Shown: piece by piece, positions 1 to 13,000 of the stretch
Numbering within the stretch: the first letter of the stretch is position 1
How the letters are laid out: each line of letters begins with the position of its first letter
Assembly (NCBI GenBank): GCA_976226885.1
Contig: OZ320315.1
Span: 35,774,001-35,838,000 of the forward strand
Direction: 5' to 3'
DNA length: 64,000 nucleotides
From: Iphione sp. A-MEVVRFRX5
Lineage: Eukaryota
Made by a program: the position numbers and the translations under genes
The notes under the pieces: model-generated
The model's database searches: none
The model's input: only the letters and a program-made list of their open reading frames with translations
Told to the model about the DNA's origin: nothing

Positions 1-2
1 AG

Positions 3-3000
3 GCAAGCCCTCTCCACTATGCTGCGGAGAACGGCCATGCTGCTGTGTGCCGGCTTCTGCTCGATGCTTTTCCGATAGGCCTTCTTAAGATACGGGACCA
101 GAACAACCAAACGGCTCTCTGTCGTGCTCTCATCAGGAAACGATATGATGTTCTGACAGAGTTACTAGCAAATGCGCACAGCTCACTTATATCTGATTCA
201 GTGGGGATTCTGGAAACCTACGCTGATCAAGATATCCTGTGCATTGCACGTCAGAATGGCACAGATCTTTTGTTTAGCTCACCAGAGAGGGCACTCCACC
301 TGTTTCATATTGCGCTTGTCAGTGGAGACGTCAGTTTGATGGTGACATCTGTCAAGCTATTAGAGAGAAGCTCACCTAAGTACATCAATGCACGTGATGA
401 ACTGGGCTGGACATTATTGCACCATGCCATTACTCACGGGGCCACGAAAATAGTAACAATGCTCTGTGAGGAGGGAGCAAATACCTTGCTCCGAGACCAC
501 CAAGGCCTCACGCCCTTGGCTCTGGCCTGCCAACAGGGGCTTATAGAGGTGGTATCAGTTTTGCCATTGGAGAAGGAGAATAACAAGGCCATATGCAAGG
601 CCATCCGTAGGGCTATTTTTTATGGGAAAATCGATATTGTTGAGCATCTACTCTCGCGGGTTGCACAAGAATTCACCCTGGATGAGCAGACATGGCAAAT
701 GATTTCTTGTGCCCTACAGAAGAACTTCCAGTCGTCAAAGAAGCTACTTGTCGTCTGCCCGGCACAGGATCCCAAAGGTGTCGTCCTGAACCGGTTCCTT
801 CTTGAAGCTGCACGTGATGGTGATGAGGAGACTGTCAAAGTGCTGCTCAGCAAAGTGGCTGTAGACATCAACTTCTGTGATTACCTCGGCCAGTCCGCTC
901 TCCACGAGGCAGCTGCTGCAGGACACGTACCGATAGTAAGGATGCTGGCCCGACATTCCGAAGCAGACGTGAACATGCAGAACTGGCGGGGCGAGACCGC
1001 TCTCCACTATGCCAGCAAGCATGGCCACGGTGAAGCGGTTAGCGAGCTTCTACAGGTGGACGCTGTAGATGTACTCCTCGTCGATGAATCTGGCCAGACG
1101 GCAGCGTTGAAGGCTCTCTACTGTGGCCACGCACGACTCACCGGGTGCTTCATGCAAGAAGAACGTCACCTGCGTAGCTTGTTTGTGCAGGACAACTTCC
1201 AAATGAACGTTCTGCATTATGCTTCCGATATTGACGCGGACACATTCCAGGAGTTGATCAGTACGGCAGATATAAGCGAACCTGTGTCACTGCTGAAAGA
1301 TAGCGAGAAGTGGTCGTCAGTGGAGCCCCAGGCTCAAATGGATGACATATATCGGAGTTCTTTGTTTGATGGGGAAGTCCTCCCTCGTAAAGTGCCTGCC
1401 AGACTGGCTGCAATTTTTGAGCGAAGAACAGCAAAAGAACCGTGTGAGAGATGCGAGAAATCTCTCTGTGTCTCTAGATTTTGTTTAAATTCTGTTCAGT
1501 GGCACTATGGAGAAGCCTGTTGGCATGAACAGCAATTACGGAGGTTCAACCAGCCAAAAGATGCAAACAAGGAAAGATCCAAACCCCCTAAAGCTTGTAA
1601 GAAAGGAACCCCATTTGAGTGTCACGGGCTGTTACATTCAAGGAAGGAAGGAACATGTGATCATCCTCTGCATGTCGCTGTGAAGCGGAATAGACCAGAC
1701 CTTTTGCCCTCACTGGCTAGAAACACCGATGACCTGCATGCGCAAGACTCACAGCATCGATGCCCCCTGGAACTGTCCGTTAACTTACTGTCTTTAGATT
1801 GCACGGGTGCCCTAGTGGAGATTCACAAGAGACAAAGCTGCAAGGATCTGTATGAGCTTATACCAAAGCTCATTATCAGGTGCCTGGAGGCAAAACCATT
1901 TGGAAGATCTGATGCAGATGAGAGAGAACGAGTGCTGCAAAAGCTCCTTGCCTGCTATGAACGAGATGACCAACTGATTGATGTCACCAGTGATGGCATC
2001 TCGAGGCCCTGCCCTCTAGTTCATGCCTGTTCGCTAGGGTTGACTGGGTGTGTCTCCATTCTCCTCCGCTGCGAGCCCAACGGGAAGTACTTCACAGCGT
2101 TGCTAGCTGCTGTGAAGGCGGGGCACGTGGACGTTGTGGACTGCATTATGACTGCGTTGGAGAACCACCCAGACGGCCAAGGTCTCCTCCATCACTTAGG
2201 TAGCATACGAGATGCCGATGGCTACAGCCTGCTAGCAGTTGCAGTGCAGGCCAAGGGGCTGCACGGTCCTCGGGTTGTAAGAAGGATCATAGAGCGATGT
2301 CCTCTCATTGTGGATTTCCCCATGATGCACGAGACGCGCTCCACCTCACAGACATTCCTGTGCTCTGGTGGTGTCGATACGGCAACGCTGACCAGCTGGC
2401 GTGGCAACACTTTGCTGGAGAAGCTCATGGAGCAGCACTACAGTGGTCTGGTCGAGCGCGATGCATGGGAAGCAGCCGGCTGCTTCCTCATAGAACATGG
2501 CATTGCGGACGGGATCGTGCAGGGTCCTCAAAACCGCATAGTGCATGCCAGCTGTGCAGCCCTCCTTTCTGCTGTCCAGCATGGCTTCTGGCAGATTGCC
2601 GAGGCGTTGGTGGCATGCGGTGCCGCAGAGCAAGCCTGGCGCTGTACTTTTGGCGAGCCCACCGGCTCCAGCTGCAAACAGCGACTGGGACTCATGCTGG
2701 ATGGGATTGTCTTTCGCCTTCTCCAGCCCGACACACCCGACGGGCTGCTGCTGAAGTTTTTGCGGGCCGGCCTCAAGCTGCAGGCGTCTGGGGCGATATC
2801 AATGGGAGAATTGGAGGCTGAGCAGACGCGAATGCTTTGGGAGGCGAAAACCAGTCACCGACGTATTTTCGAGGAAACCAGTACCTCGCTGATTTTGAAG
2901 GTGCCCTTCTCCTTCAAGGCGTTTACACCCGTTGAGCACGTGGTCATGCAGGCCATACAGCCCATAATAGGCTGGAAACAACCCGTCACGAGGCGCTTTT

Positions 3001-4017
3001 CTACGTGGAATCCGTTCACTCTGAAAGCACCGAAGAAAAGGAAGGATAGGAAACTGCGAATGGGCACAAAACAAACGCCGCCCAACGTCCGGCAGGCGGA
3101 CGCTGCGACGCCGATGTCACCCATGGCCGGTACAGCAGCGGTTCCTGGACAGTTGGTATCCCCAGCCCAGCCCTCCCAAAACACACCACGCATGGCGTTC
3201 ACCTCCACAAACCGGCAGCTGTTTACCTTGTCACCGCGGTCCTGCCGCCTGGCGGCCAGGGTGAGGCGGCGCTGGAAGAACAAGATGGAGAGAACCGTTC
3301 CCAGCGTCTTCTACTTGCCGAGCCCCGCCGAGCAGTCGCCCAAGTTTCAACGTCTGGGGAGCCCCGTGTCACCCGTTGTGCTCAGTCCAACTGAGTCCCT
3401 GGAGACTTACATCGTCACCTACGCCGTGCCTGGAGGTGGGGAGGGAGCAGCCAACAGCTCGTCGTCCGTCAAGGCCGTGCACACGCCGGTTTACATATCG
3501 GACTACACACCGCACACTCCCAGCAAGCTCAACAAATTCTTCATTCGCCGCCCGTTGAACGGCCGAATGATGCAGTCGCTGGCCACCATCCTTCAACTGC
3601 TCCCCGGGCTCGGTCACACCATCACTGCCTGCTTCAAGGATGCCAAAATCGATCCGATCCTGGGCGTTGTGCCTCGTCGCATACTGAACAACGGGGCCCT
3701 GGCTCGCAAGTTCCGCATCGACAAAGCGACCCTCCAGCTCGCCTTCCGAGGCGGGATCCACGAGCCCCCGGTCTTCCTCCAGGCCTGCCGGCAGGGTCAC
3801 ATGGAGGTGCTCCAGACCATCGTGAAGACCGCCGGCGCGGACGCCGTCGCCGGTATACGATTCAGGGCGTCCGTTGACCCGAGGAAGCGAAACGCGGAGA
3901 GAGTCTACCTGACGGGGATAGGAGCCGCCGCCTCCCGAGGTCACCTCCCGGCGGTCGAATGGCTGCTGGACCAAGGTCTTCAACCGACGTGGGCCGATAT
4001 CAGAGCTTTCCTGACGG
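3..4017 (+). CDS. E3 ligase exon: ankyrin-repeat array plus Pro/Ser/basic linker
   Basis: Repeated ankyrin motifs (GWTLLHHAITHG, GLTPLALACQQG, GQSALHEAAAAGH, GETALHYASKHGH, LTGIGAAASRGH). Donor GTACGT at 4018, so the last 26 codons of the ORF-track entry are intron. Confidence 0.9.
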
Positions 4018-7000
4018 GTACGTATCTGTTGATGACCCAACATTTTTTTAGAAAGGCAGTTCACTTTATCGAAGGTTTTAGGCTGATTACAGATTAGAGC
4101 CTTGCAGATGATGTTAGCGTAATTGATGACATCACGGTCATTCTTATACCATACCAAGCACCAATATAATAGCGAGCTTGAATGGCAATCAGCATCTGCC
4201 ATGATGTAGGGAATTTGTTGAGATGATTGATAGAACATGTACACCCTTACGTAGCTTTATCAGGATTCATTTTATGATTAATTTCATAATTGAGATTTTT
4301 ATTGACATTTCCTTTCATTAAATCGCCTTTGTTTTCATATTTCTGTTAGCATCAGACTCCGTCCCTTGGGCTCTCCTTGAAAGGCTTCTCAGCAGGTGAG
4401 CGATCTCGATTATAGAATAATATTTACTCCAAAATTGTATTTTCAAAAATAACTCATGTTCTGCTCTTAGTACCAATAAGATCAAAGTATGTCCGTAGAT
4501 ATGAAAAACTGACAGTAGACTTACTTTATTGACAGCACGTTAACTGAGGAAAGAGGACCGTCTTGTAGAAAAGAAATAATGAGAACTCCAGAAAATGGAA
4601 TATTTCTTCAGTAGAATAGCCTTGTTGAGTGGACTGTACTGTTATTTGAACTGACACCTGATAGGAATTATCCTCGTTTACCCTTCCATAGCGTGGTCGC
4701 CCTCAATGGTGACTTGCCTCATCAGACGTCAGTACTCTGTGCAGCCTCTAGCCATGGCATGACTTGTGCAGTTAGGTGGATTCTTGCTAGATATCCACAC
4801 CTACAGGAGCACGCGGTCTTGACGTAAGTTTTTTTAAAGCCATGTCTCAAGTGATGTGTTGACCTAACCAGTAGACAAGAGACTCGCTTCTAGAGCAACC
4901 CACTCAAGGAAGAGATACATGTATACTTGTACTTACCCTTAACATAATATTTTATATTTAGACCTTAGAATATAGCAAATCTACCAGTTCGACACTCCCG
5001 AATTATTCACTCTGATATCTTCGGTAGCCCTACATCCCACTAATCCATCCCCTGAAAGTCTTCAGCCATGCCAACACACATGGCATTTGTACTAATATAA
5101 ATGGACAGATCACTCGTCTCAGATACAAAAGGAAGAAGGGCACTACAATCATACCACGGATTTTGATGCCCTTTGCTCCAAGTAGAGTACTTTTCTTTTT
5201 TTTTTTTTTTTTTTACTTTTTTGTTTACTAAAGTGGCTACATGAACTAAACCTTGTCCAGTAATTAAACAGAGTTTTAATTAAATTTAATAAAAACACCA
5301 AAAGTATAGGCCTGATGAGCTCTGATGAGCGAAACCCTGTTAATAAATATTTTTAAATCTTTTGATTGAACAAAATATTATTATAATAAGACCTCCAAAT
5401 ACCTGATTCCCCCATGGACTATATGCCATGATGGAGGGATCAAAGAGAGACAAGGCAGATTCATGGGCAGGAGGCATGGCAACTGCATTCCATTTGCCAC
5501 AACAGGGTACCTTTGGTGAGGTAACAACTCCATCTCTCGTTTCCAGTTAGAGTACCTTTCTTTCTGTGCCTGGCAGCATGAGTGATCACACTTTTGTAAA
5601 GTTTACAATTTACATATCAAGTCAATCAGGCCTTTCAGATGAAGGGACCAAAACATCTAATACCGGGCTTAGTTGCATATTCTGAGTTCCATTGTTCTTT
5701 GGACATAACTTTCTTTGAATTCCCCCTAGAATTTTCGCATGGAGGGCCACATCTCTAGCATGACAGCCTCCGTATGATTATACATGCAGTTTACAAAAAT
5801 AACTCGGTCGACTTTGTTGCACAGATTTCTGCATATTGGATAATAATATGAAAAATTTATATTCTGAATTAAGGGTACCTTCTTTGATACTGTCAGACAT
5901 TCAGAGAGGCATTACTTTTGAACGATTTGAACCACAGGCCTCCATTGGAGTCCTAAACTGATCTAAATTCCAAATGTTCCGCTGCCTTTCATCTGTCAGC
6001 TTGACCAGGAATAATTATGGATATAATTTTGTCGTTAATATTGGCATACTTCAGCCTTTGATCGATTCATGTCTTTCTTCATCCTGAATTCTAAGCTTGT
6101 AAACATGTTTTATGATCCAAACCTCGCTGCTATATGGTAGAAATCAGAATTCTGGTCGACTACAAAGTGGAAAAGGCCTGAAGTACAGAGAGTAAATGGC
6201 AGTGCAGAAAAATGTTTCCGTTATAAATTTGTGATCACTGTGCAGACATGACCTGTGTTCTTGTAGTTGTAATCAAAGTGCAGCTATGAGCTGTATACCG
6301 GATACTTCTAGTGACAATGTCTGCCCAGAATGTGACTTTCTGCTGTATGTTGCTGGGTTGTCACTCTATGTGATTTAAGGTTGATGTCAGCAATGATGTC
6401 TATCCTTTCAGGAATGCCTTCTCAGCTGCCATCAGCCACGGTCATAGTGAAGCATCAGAGGTGCTTTTCGATTTCCTCCGAGATACTGACGGTGAGATCA
6501 GTCTGATGCCATCAATGTTAGTACTGGCCTGCCAGAATAACCTGTGGCATTTAGCAAGCATGCTGCTCGATCATATCTCCTTAGAACATCTCACGGACGT
6601 AGACAAAGATGGCAGGACTGTCCTTCACTATGCTGCACGGGAAGGCAAGGTGGATTTCCTGGAGAGCTTGATCTCTCACCTGGAGCAGCTCACTGAAGCA
6701 AGTCACAAGATCCCCGAGTTCCTCAATCTCCGAGATGTCAGAGACAGGACTGCCTTTTGGTATGCATGCAGGGAGCGGGAGCTCCTTATGGCAGAGGCTT
6801 TAATTCTGTTTGGAGCAAACGTAGCTGATGGAGCAAGATCGCTGCAAATAACCCCGAGTAAATCCGGTTCAAGAGGATGGGAAATGTACGGCAGTTCACA
6901 GATGGCCTCTGCTATGAACCAGGAGCTCGCAGTAGTGACGGAAAGTCTGGATCAACCCATCCATCTGAAGCTCAAAACTTTGATTGGATGTTCCGTACGG

Positions 7001-10000
7001 GCGCATGCAAGAAAAATTCCTCTTCTGCAAATGGCATGTTGTGATGGACTCGAAGAAATTGTCAAGTTGATCATCTCGCGAAGAGCACACATAGTCAGGG
7101 ATTCTGCCCAGATGGTGCAGTGTTTGTGCTATGCCCTCCTCAATGGACACGTTAGGCTTGTTCAGTATCTTCTCCAGCAAGGAGCGCTGGTTGACAAGAC
7201 TGCACTGGTCCGGGCGTGGCTGTTGCGAACAGCCAATGTTGTCAGTGGTTTCGAAGTTCGGTTCCCTGGACAATGCTCCGAGCATCATGTTATCAACACC
7301 AAAGGCCAGAACGACATGGCTCAATCTCTCCCCCATGGACTTCAAGTCACCATCCTCACGAGCATGAAGAAAGAGCTGAAAACTTTATGGCAAGAATGGA
7401 CGCCATTCTGTAGACCCTTCGAGAATGAAACCAAAACTACCTCCTGTACAGATGAATGGCTATTCCTGTTGGACAGTTTTATGTCAAAGGGTGACATTAG
7501 CACCTCACAAGCTACCTCTTATGCCATTCTTCTTGCCGTAATTGGTCAACCAGAGGTCACTGAACGAGTCATCCGTTGCTGGCCACAAGTACTTACAGCT
7601 CCGGCATTGACACCTGAATGGCCCACACTTTGGCGGCGGTACACTGTCCTCGAAGGACCCCTCGAAAACTACAGGCCAACGCTCTTGGATATGATTTTGG
7701 CTTATCAGACCGCTGATAAGGTGCGTGGTTGTGTAGAAGCAATGGGAAGAGTTCTGCCCAGTCTGACTTGGAATTCTGTCCAGGTTCTGATCGCCTGCCA
7801 GAGACAAATGGCTGTCATTCCGATTCAGGTACTACTACTCCCACCCTCCTGCCTGACCCATGGCAATCTTCCATTTACATTCAGAGTACTGTGCAGCCTT
7901 CTCAGTCATGCATCAGATAGCCACTTTGAGGATACCATGAGAGAGCTCAGCTCACAGCAGTCGGTGACAGCAGAAAGTCCAGATGCACACAACCGTCTGC
8001 TGACTCTGCTGCTGCATTTTGCTGTTCGGAGAAGGGACATCAACAAGACTCGTGTCCTTGTAGCACTAGGAGCCAATGGATGCCGACGGCTTGAGAATGA
8101 CGACATCACGCTCATTGGGCTGGGCATAAAACGGTTGAAATGGCTGCCACCCAGTAAGCAGAGCTGGAGTGCCTTACATCAGGCTTGTTCAGTCGGGTGC
8201 TTGGAAAGTTTCAAGCTATGTTTAGCTCAGCTTTCACCCATTGAGAACATTGCTGTCGAGAAGCTGGACAGTCAGTTCTGCTGGGATCTTGGTCAGATTG
8301 CGGCATCATGTGGCCAGCTCCAAGTGCTACAGTGGCTCAGCAGTGAGGGCGTTCTGTCATGGGCACACAGTTCACAGGTTAGTCGAGGAGACAACATTTG
8401 GCCTCACCTTTTGAAGTTTGCCGCGGAGAACGGTCACCTGGCAGTGGTCCAGTGGCTGGTTGATCAACAGCAGTACGAAGGGAAAACTCCCGAAAACCAC
8501 CCAGCAAGGACGAACGTGTACCATCACCTGGCCACAGCTCAAGACGAGCTGCTTGCAGTGGAGATTATCAACACGCTGCTAGCGTCAGACATTCCCGGGA
8601 TCAGCAGACCAGACTCCGCAGGTTTCACTCCCGCCACGTATGCCTATTGCTTTGGGAATGTGAAGACGTTCATGCACTTGATAGAACGAGAGGTCGACCT
8701 CGGCAGCGTGGACGTCTATGTGGGCCAACTGGCCAGATGCTATGGTGCGATGCGGCACAGTCAAGACCCACTCGGCAGAAAATACATGGAACCAGGGCAC
8801 GGAAAGGGCCTCTTTGATGTGGTTAGACCTGCTGACCATGCAGACAATGCAGTCCAGATGAGAGATGTTAAGCCATTTACTACCCTGGTGCAGTGCTTGA
8901 AGAAAGGAGCCGACCAACTTGCAGTGTGGATGATGATGTCTGCTGCACCAGCCCTCAAGAGAAGTCTTCGGGAGAGCGACAACGGTGAGGCTTTCATGGG
9001 GCTAGCAAAAACGGCATGCAAGTATGGATGCTCACAGAGTTTGAATGTTCTCTTGTGTTTCCTCAAGAATGAGACCAAATCTGCAGCACTCCTGGAAACA
9101 GAGCTGGGACAGGCTCTATCAACTGCAGTTGCACGATGTCAAATAGCGTGCGTTGAAGCTTTTGAGCATCATGGTACTCTAGATCTGAACACTTTCGTCA
9201 GCCCAACAACAGGAGAGAACATCATCCATCTTGCCTTGAAAACGATGAACAAGGGTGTAGTGGCAAAGGTAATCAGCATGCTTGGAAATGCTGCCAAGGT
9301 AGCGAAACAGCCTAACACGGATGGTCTGACAGCAGTAGATTATGCTCGGTCTTTGGATGGAATGAATGATGTGCTGGCTGCCTGTCTGGGTTCGCCAGTC
9401 CTCTCCAAACCCCAGGCAGCCAAGCAGTCTCTACCCGAGCGCCTTGTCAGCCCCAGTGCCGCCCAGAAACGATCCCTGATGCGCGATGTCACAAGGTGCA
9501 GTGTCGACAAGACCTTCGAGATCTGCCAGCTCTGTTGGACGGGCCAAGTCACTGGCCCAGCTCTCATCGCAACTGAAGTGCTTCACTACACACTTGCCAA
9601 GGCCGAGCTAGACGAAGTTCGGCAACTCTTCCGTCGTTTTACCGAAGAGGGCCTGCTCCAACAAACGGTAGATACATCGCTGTATGGGTACACTTTGGCA
9701 GAAACTGCATGGGTATTCGGGAAGGTCAAGACTGCCATCTGGCTGACGCAGGAGTTTCCTACCATGGGCCTCTCAACTGAAGGTAACCTGGCATCTCTCT
9801 GGCAGCAATGGAGTCGCTACAAGCACATCGTCTCGAGTCTGGACCAGCCAGCAGCATTGGAGGGACTCCTTGCTGTTTGCCCCGAGGACTATGCAGGCAG
9901 TATGTTATCGCTGGTGCAAAGAGAACAACTTCCAGAGGCCGACGACTTTGTGAACGTCCCAGAGGAGGTCCAGGGGTCCTATGGCTGTAGTCCAGAGCTG

Positions 10001-13000
10001 TCTGCAGTGAAAGAGCGCATTAAACATCGCACCATTCCTTCCCTGAATGACATGGTGAGTGAAGTCATTTCTGTTATTTAGCTAGCAATTTAGCAATATC
10101 AGAACTTCCAAGGTCTCTGGCATTGAACTACATGCAGTCTGTATTTGTTACTACTGCATGAATATGCAATAACTTTCGTGATTTAATCGAGTGTAATGTA
10201 AGAAAATATGTGAAGATGTGGAGGGTTCACAATATCTTTGGAGAGAGTTTAAGTGTTTTCTTCAGTTTTGGAAATATTTTCTACTTTATTTAAACTGTAT
10301 AATTCGTTGCTCTCATTTCTCTTTTAGTTGAAGAAAATCCTGGGCCTAAAGAACATTGATGTGGAAATGGACTGGGATTCATTCGTGCTAGAATCAGGAG
10401 AGGAACCTGCTCTGGAATTACTGGATGTCTTTCACCACTTCGGTGGTGTTGAATTTGCCGGCCTTGGCCCAACCATCCACAGCTGTGGACTTTACCAACG
10501 GACGGCGCAACGATTTGGTAGGATACCAGAGTGTACCGATAACCTACAAACCCTACTGATCCGGTTTGATGGTGTGCAAACGATGAAAGAGCTGGCGAAG
10601 AAGGAGGAAAATGATACAAATCCACACCAGTCTGTGGCCGTTTGGGCTTTCAGCCTTGAAAACGGGCGAGTCTTGTATGACCCAAGCTGCCTGCCCTTCT
10701 GGTGGATGCATCGATGGATGTTCCTGGCAGTTCTTTCGTGGGAGTCGCCACTGAAAAAAGTTCAGAAATCAGCAGCAGCAGCAACCTCCAGTCGTTGTCC
10801 GAAGCGTGTCAGTGTCAGGATCGACTGGGATAGTTTAGTTTCCAGCGTGGTGTTAAGGAAGTCAGAGATAGGAGAACTCATCACAGGACCCATAGCAGAT
10901 GAAATCAACCGTTTCGCACGAATGTTCTGTGCGCGATCGGAGCGTATCGAGGCATCATTCTCACAGTTTGACATTTCTTTCACCAAAGCAGGAGAAGCTT
11001 GCCAGTTCAACATCTGTGATGACACTCTGTATATCCAAGTTTCTGTCCTTGGAGGTGGAGAGGAAAAATTAAGAGTTGAGATACCTGCTGTAGAGGAAAC
11101 GCTCTCCAGAATGATGATGGAGAAAGTCCAGTGTGGTTGGTCTCTGAAAGAACCTATTGAACTGTGTGTAGATGTTCAGACCACTGATCTAAGTCATGGG
11201 AGGATAAGGATAGAACTAAAGGATGCTACGGTCATGCAGTGGATATCAGAGAGAGGACTTCTCGACTTGGAGTCACCAGTGAAGATCGCGACCAAATTGG
11301 TACACAAGGTGAAAAAGGACTTAGGCTTGTGGGCCAAGTCTGCCATATTGCGGAGCTATGCTGCTATCAATGCTGGGGTTTATGTCTGTCCCTCAACTTG
11401 GCCATCACAGAGAATACTAACAGTCGTCAGTGTCGAAGGACGCAAGTACCGCATCATTGATGATGAATTCCTCAGTGCTCTCCAGGATGCGATTCCTCCG
11501 GACGTTAGGTTCTTCTGTCCGCCAGATGACTCTGCTCCAGCTGCTGCTTCTCATGTAGTCTCGACAGCCCTCCCTTCGGCTATCAGCTGTACGAACACCA
11601 TTTACCTGGGTGACCTCAGGGTAGTGACCACTTGGAGCCAGACTCACAGTGGCTGCCATGATATTCCCCACCTCATCCAGGAAGATGTGAATGCACAGGG
11701 GAAGGAAATGATCTTAATTGGTATCGGTAGATATCTGAAATCAATGCTTCCCACCTTAGACGAGTCACACATCGAGCAGATCGTAAATGCACTACGCCAC
11801 CAAATAAGTCACCCAATTGTGAAGAAGGACATTCGCAACATCCACCAACTCATTGAAATGGTTCATAGGGCTTTGGGCTTCCTTAGCAGAACCACAGCCT
11901 CGCATGAATTCGGGAATAGGTCTTCAGAAGAATTACTTTCTGTCCTCCAGTCACTTTTGATGAAATCTTCCAGGAAACCGCTCCATGAGCAGTTCATAAA
12001 CCTAGTGAGGCAGCTGAGCAGCTCGCCAGAGGAGCTCAGTGGCTACCCATGCCCTGCCATGTGCACAATACCAGCACAATACAGGCATGTCATTCATTTC
12101 CCAGTGGCAAGTGAAGCAGGCAACGGAGTTGCTAATGAAGAAGTGATGCTTAAAATCCAACTAAATGACGCCAACGGCCAGAGCATTGAGTCTTGCGAGG
12201 AGACTGACCTCAAAGTTGATCTTAGACTGAATGTAAAGCGTCCAAAGTACCGATGCATAAAATTGACGTCAAAAGCCTCAGTCATTAAGGACACTGATGG
12301 CTTCAGTCTTAATGTAAGTTGGAACAAGGAAGACATTAATACTGCTACCAAGAAGCTGAGCAAACAACACAGCTCCTGCATGGCGGTGATGATCAACGGT
12401 TGTCACATACAAGACAGTCCCTTCCCGGTTTTCTTCCATAGAACTCTTGGCAGAACCGTTGGGCTTGGAGGAGAGGAGTTTTTCAAGACACCAACTGCCA
12501 AGCCATTGCAAGTGCTCCTTATGCGTAACTGCAAATGCAGCCCATCAAGTTTGAAATCTTGGGATAGAAGAAGCAACCAGCAAAGAATTGTGCCAAGCGC
12601 TTCCCGGGCTTTGCCTGCCATTTATAAGTGGCGCCAGCTAGTGGCTGGAGGGTGGAAACAAGTGTGGAGTCTTGGTGGGGTCTGCGGCCTAGCCACCAAG
12701 CCAGTGACCTGCGCAACGACCTCACTGCCCACAGCAGGTCTCCTGTCTTTGGCTGTGACATCCAGGGTGGTAGGGGAATTGCACCTCCAGGCCTACTGCA
12801 TGACCTGCCTACAGCCCCTCCAGTTCCTGGTACCGGACGCCGCACCACGCAGTGAGCTGCTCATCATGGTAACCCCCGGTGAGCCGAGTCCAACCAGCTC
12901 TTATGTGGTGGATAAAAACTTGCAGAGTAAGTGTTTCTTTTCCGAGGTTGCTCTGGATAGTTCAGGATCTATGAATTGTCTTGAATTTCACTTGAAACAC

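Noticed and set aside
4018-4097. C-terminal ends of track ORFs 45-4097 (and likewise 10055-10081, 12927-13090, 13879-13893)
   Set aside because: Read-through past strong donor sites into introns. They are not separate protein ends.
4990-6150. Coding-like composition on the minus strand in E3 ligase intron 3
   Set aside because: All frames contain stops and I could not assign a family. It may be a decayed element, but this is unsupported.
620-12855. Many short ORFs overlapping the large E3 ligase exons
   Set aside because: Alternative-frame or antisense shadows of long coding exons, with no recognisable motifs.
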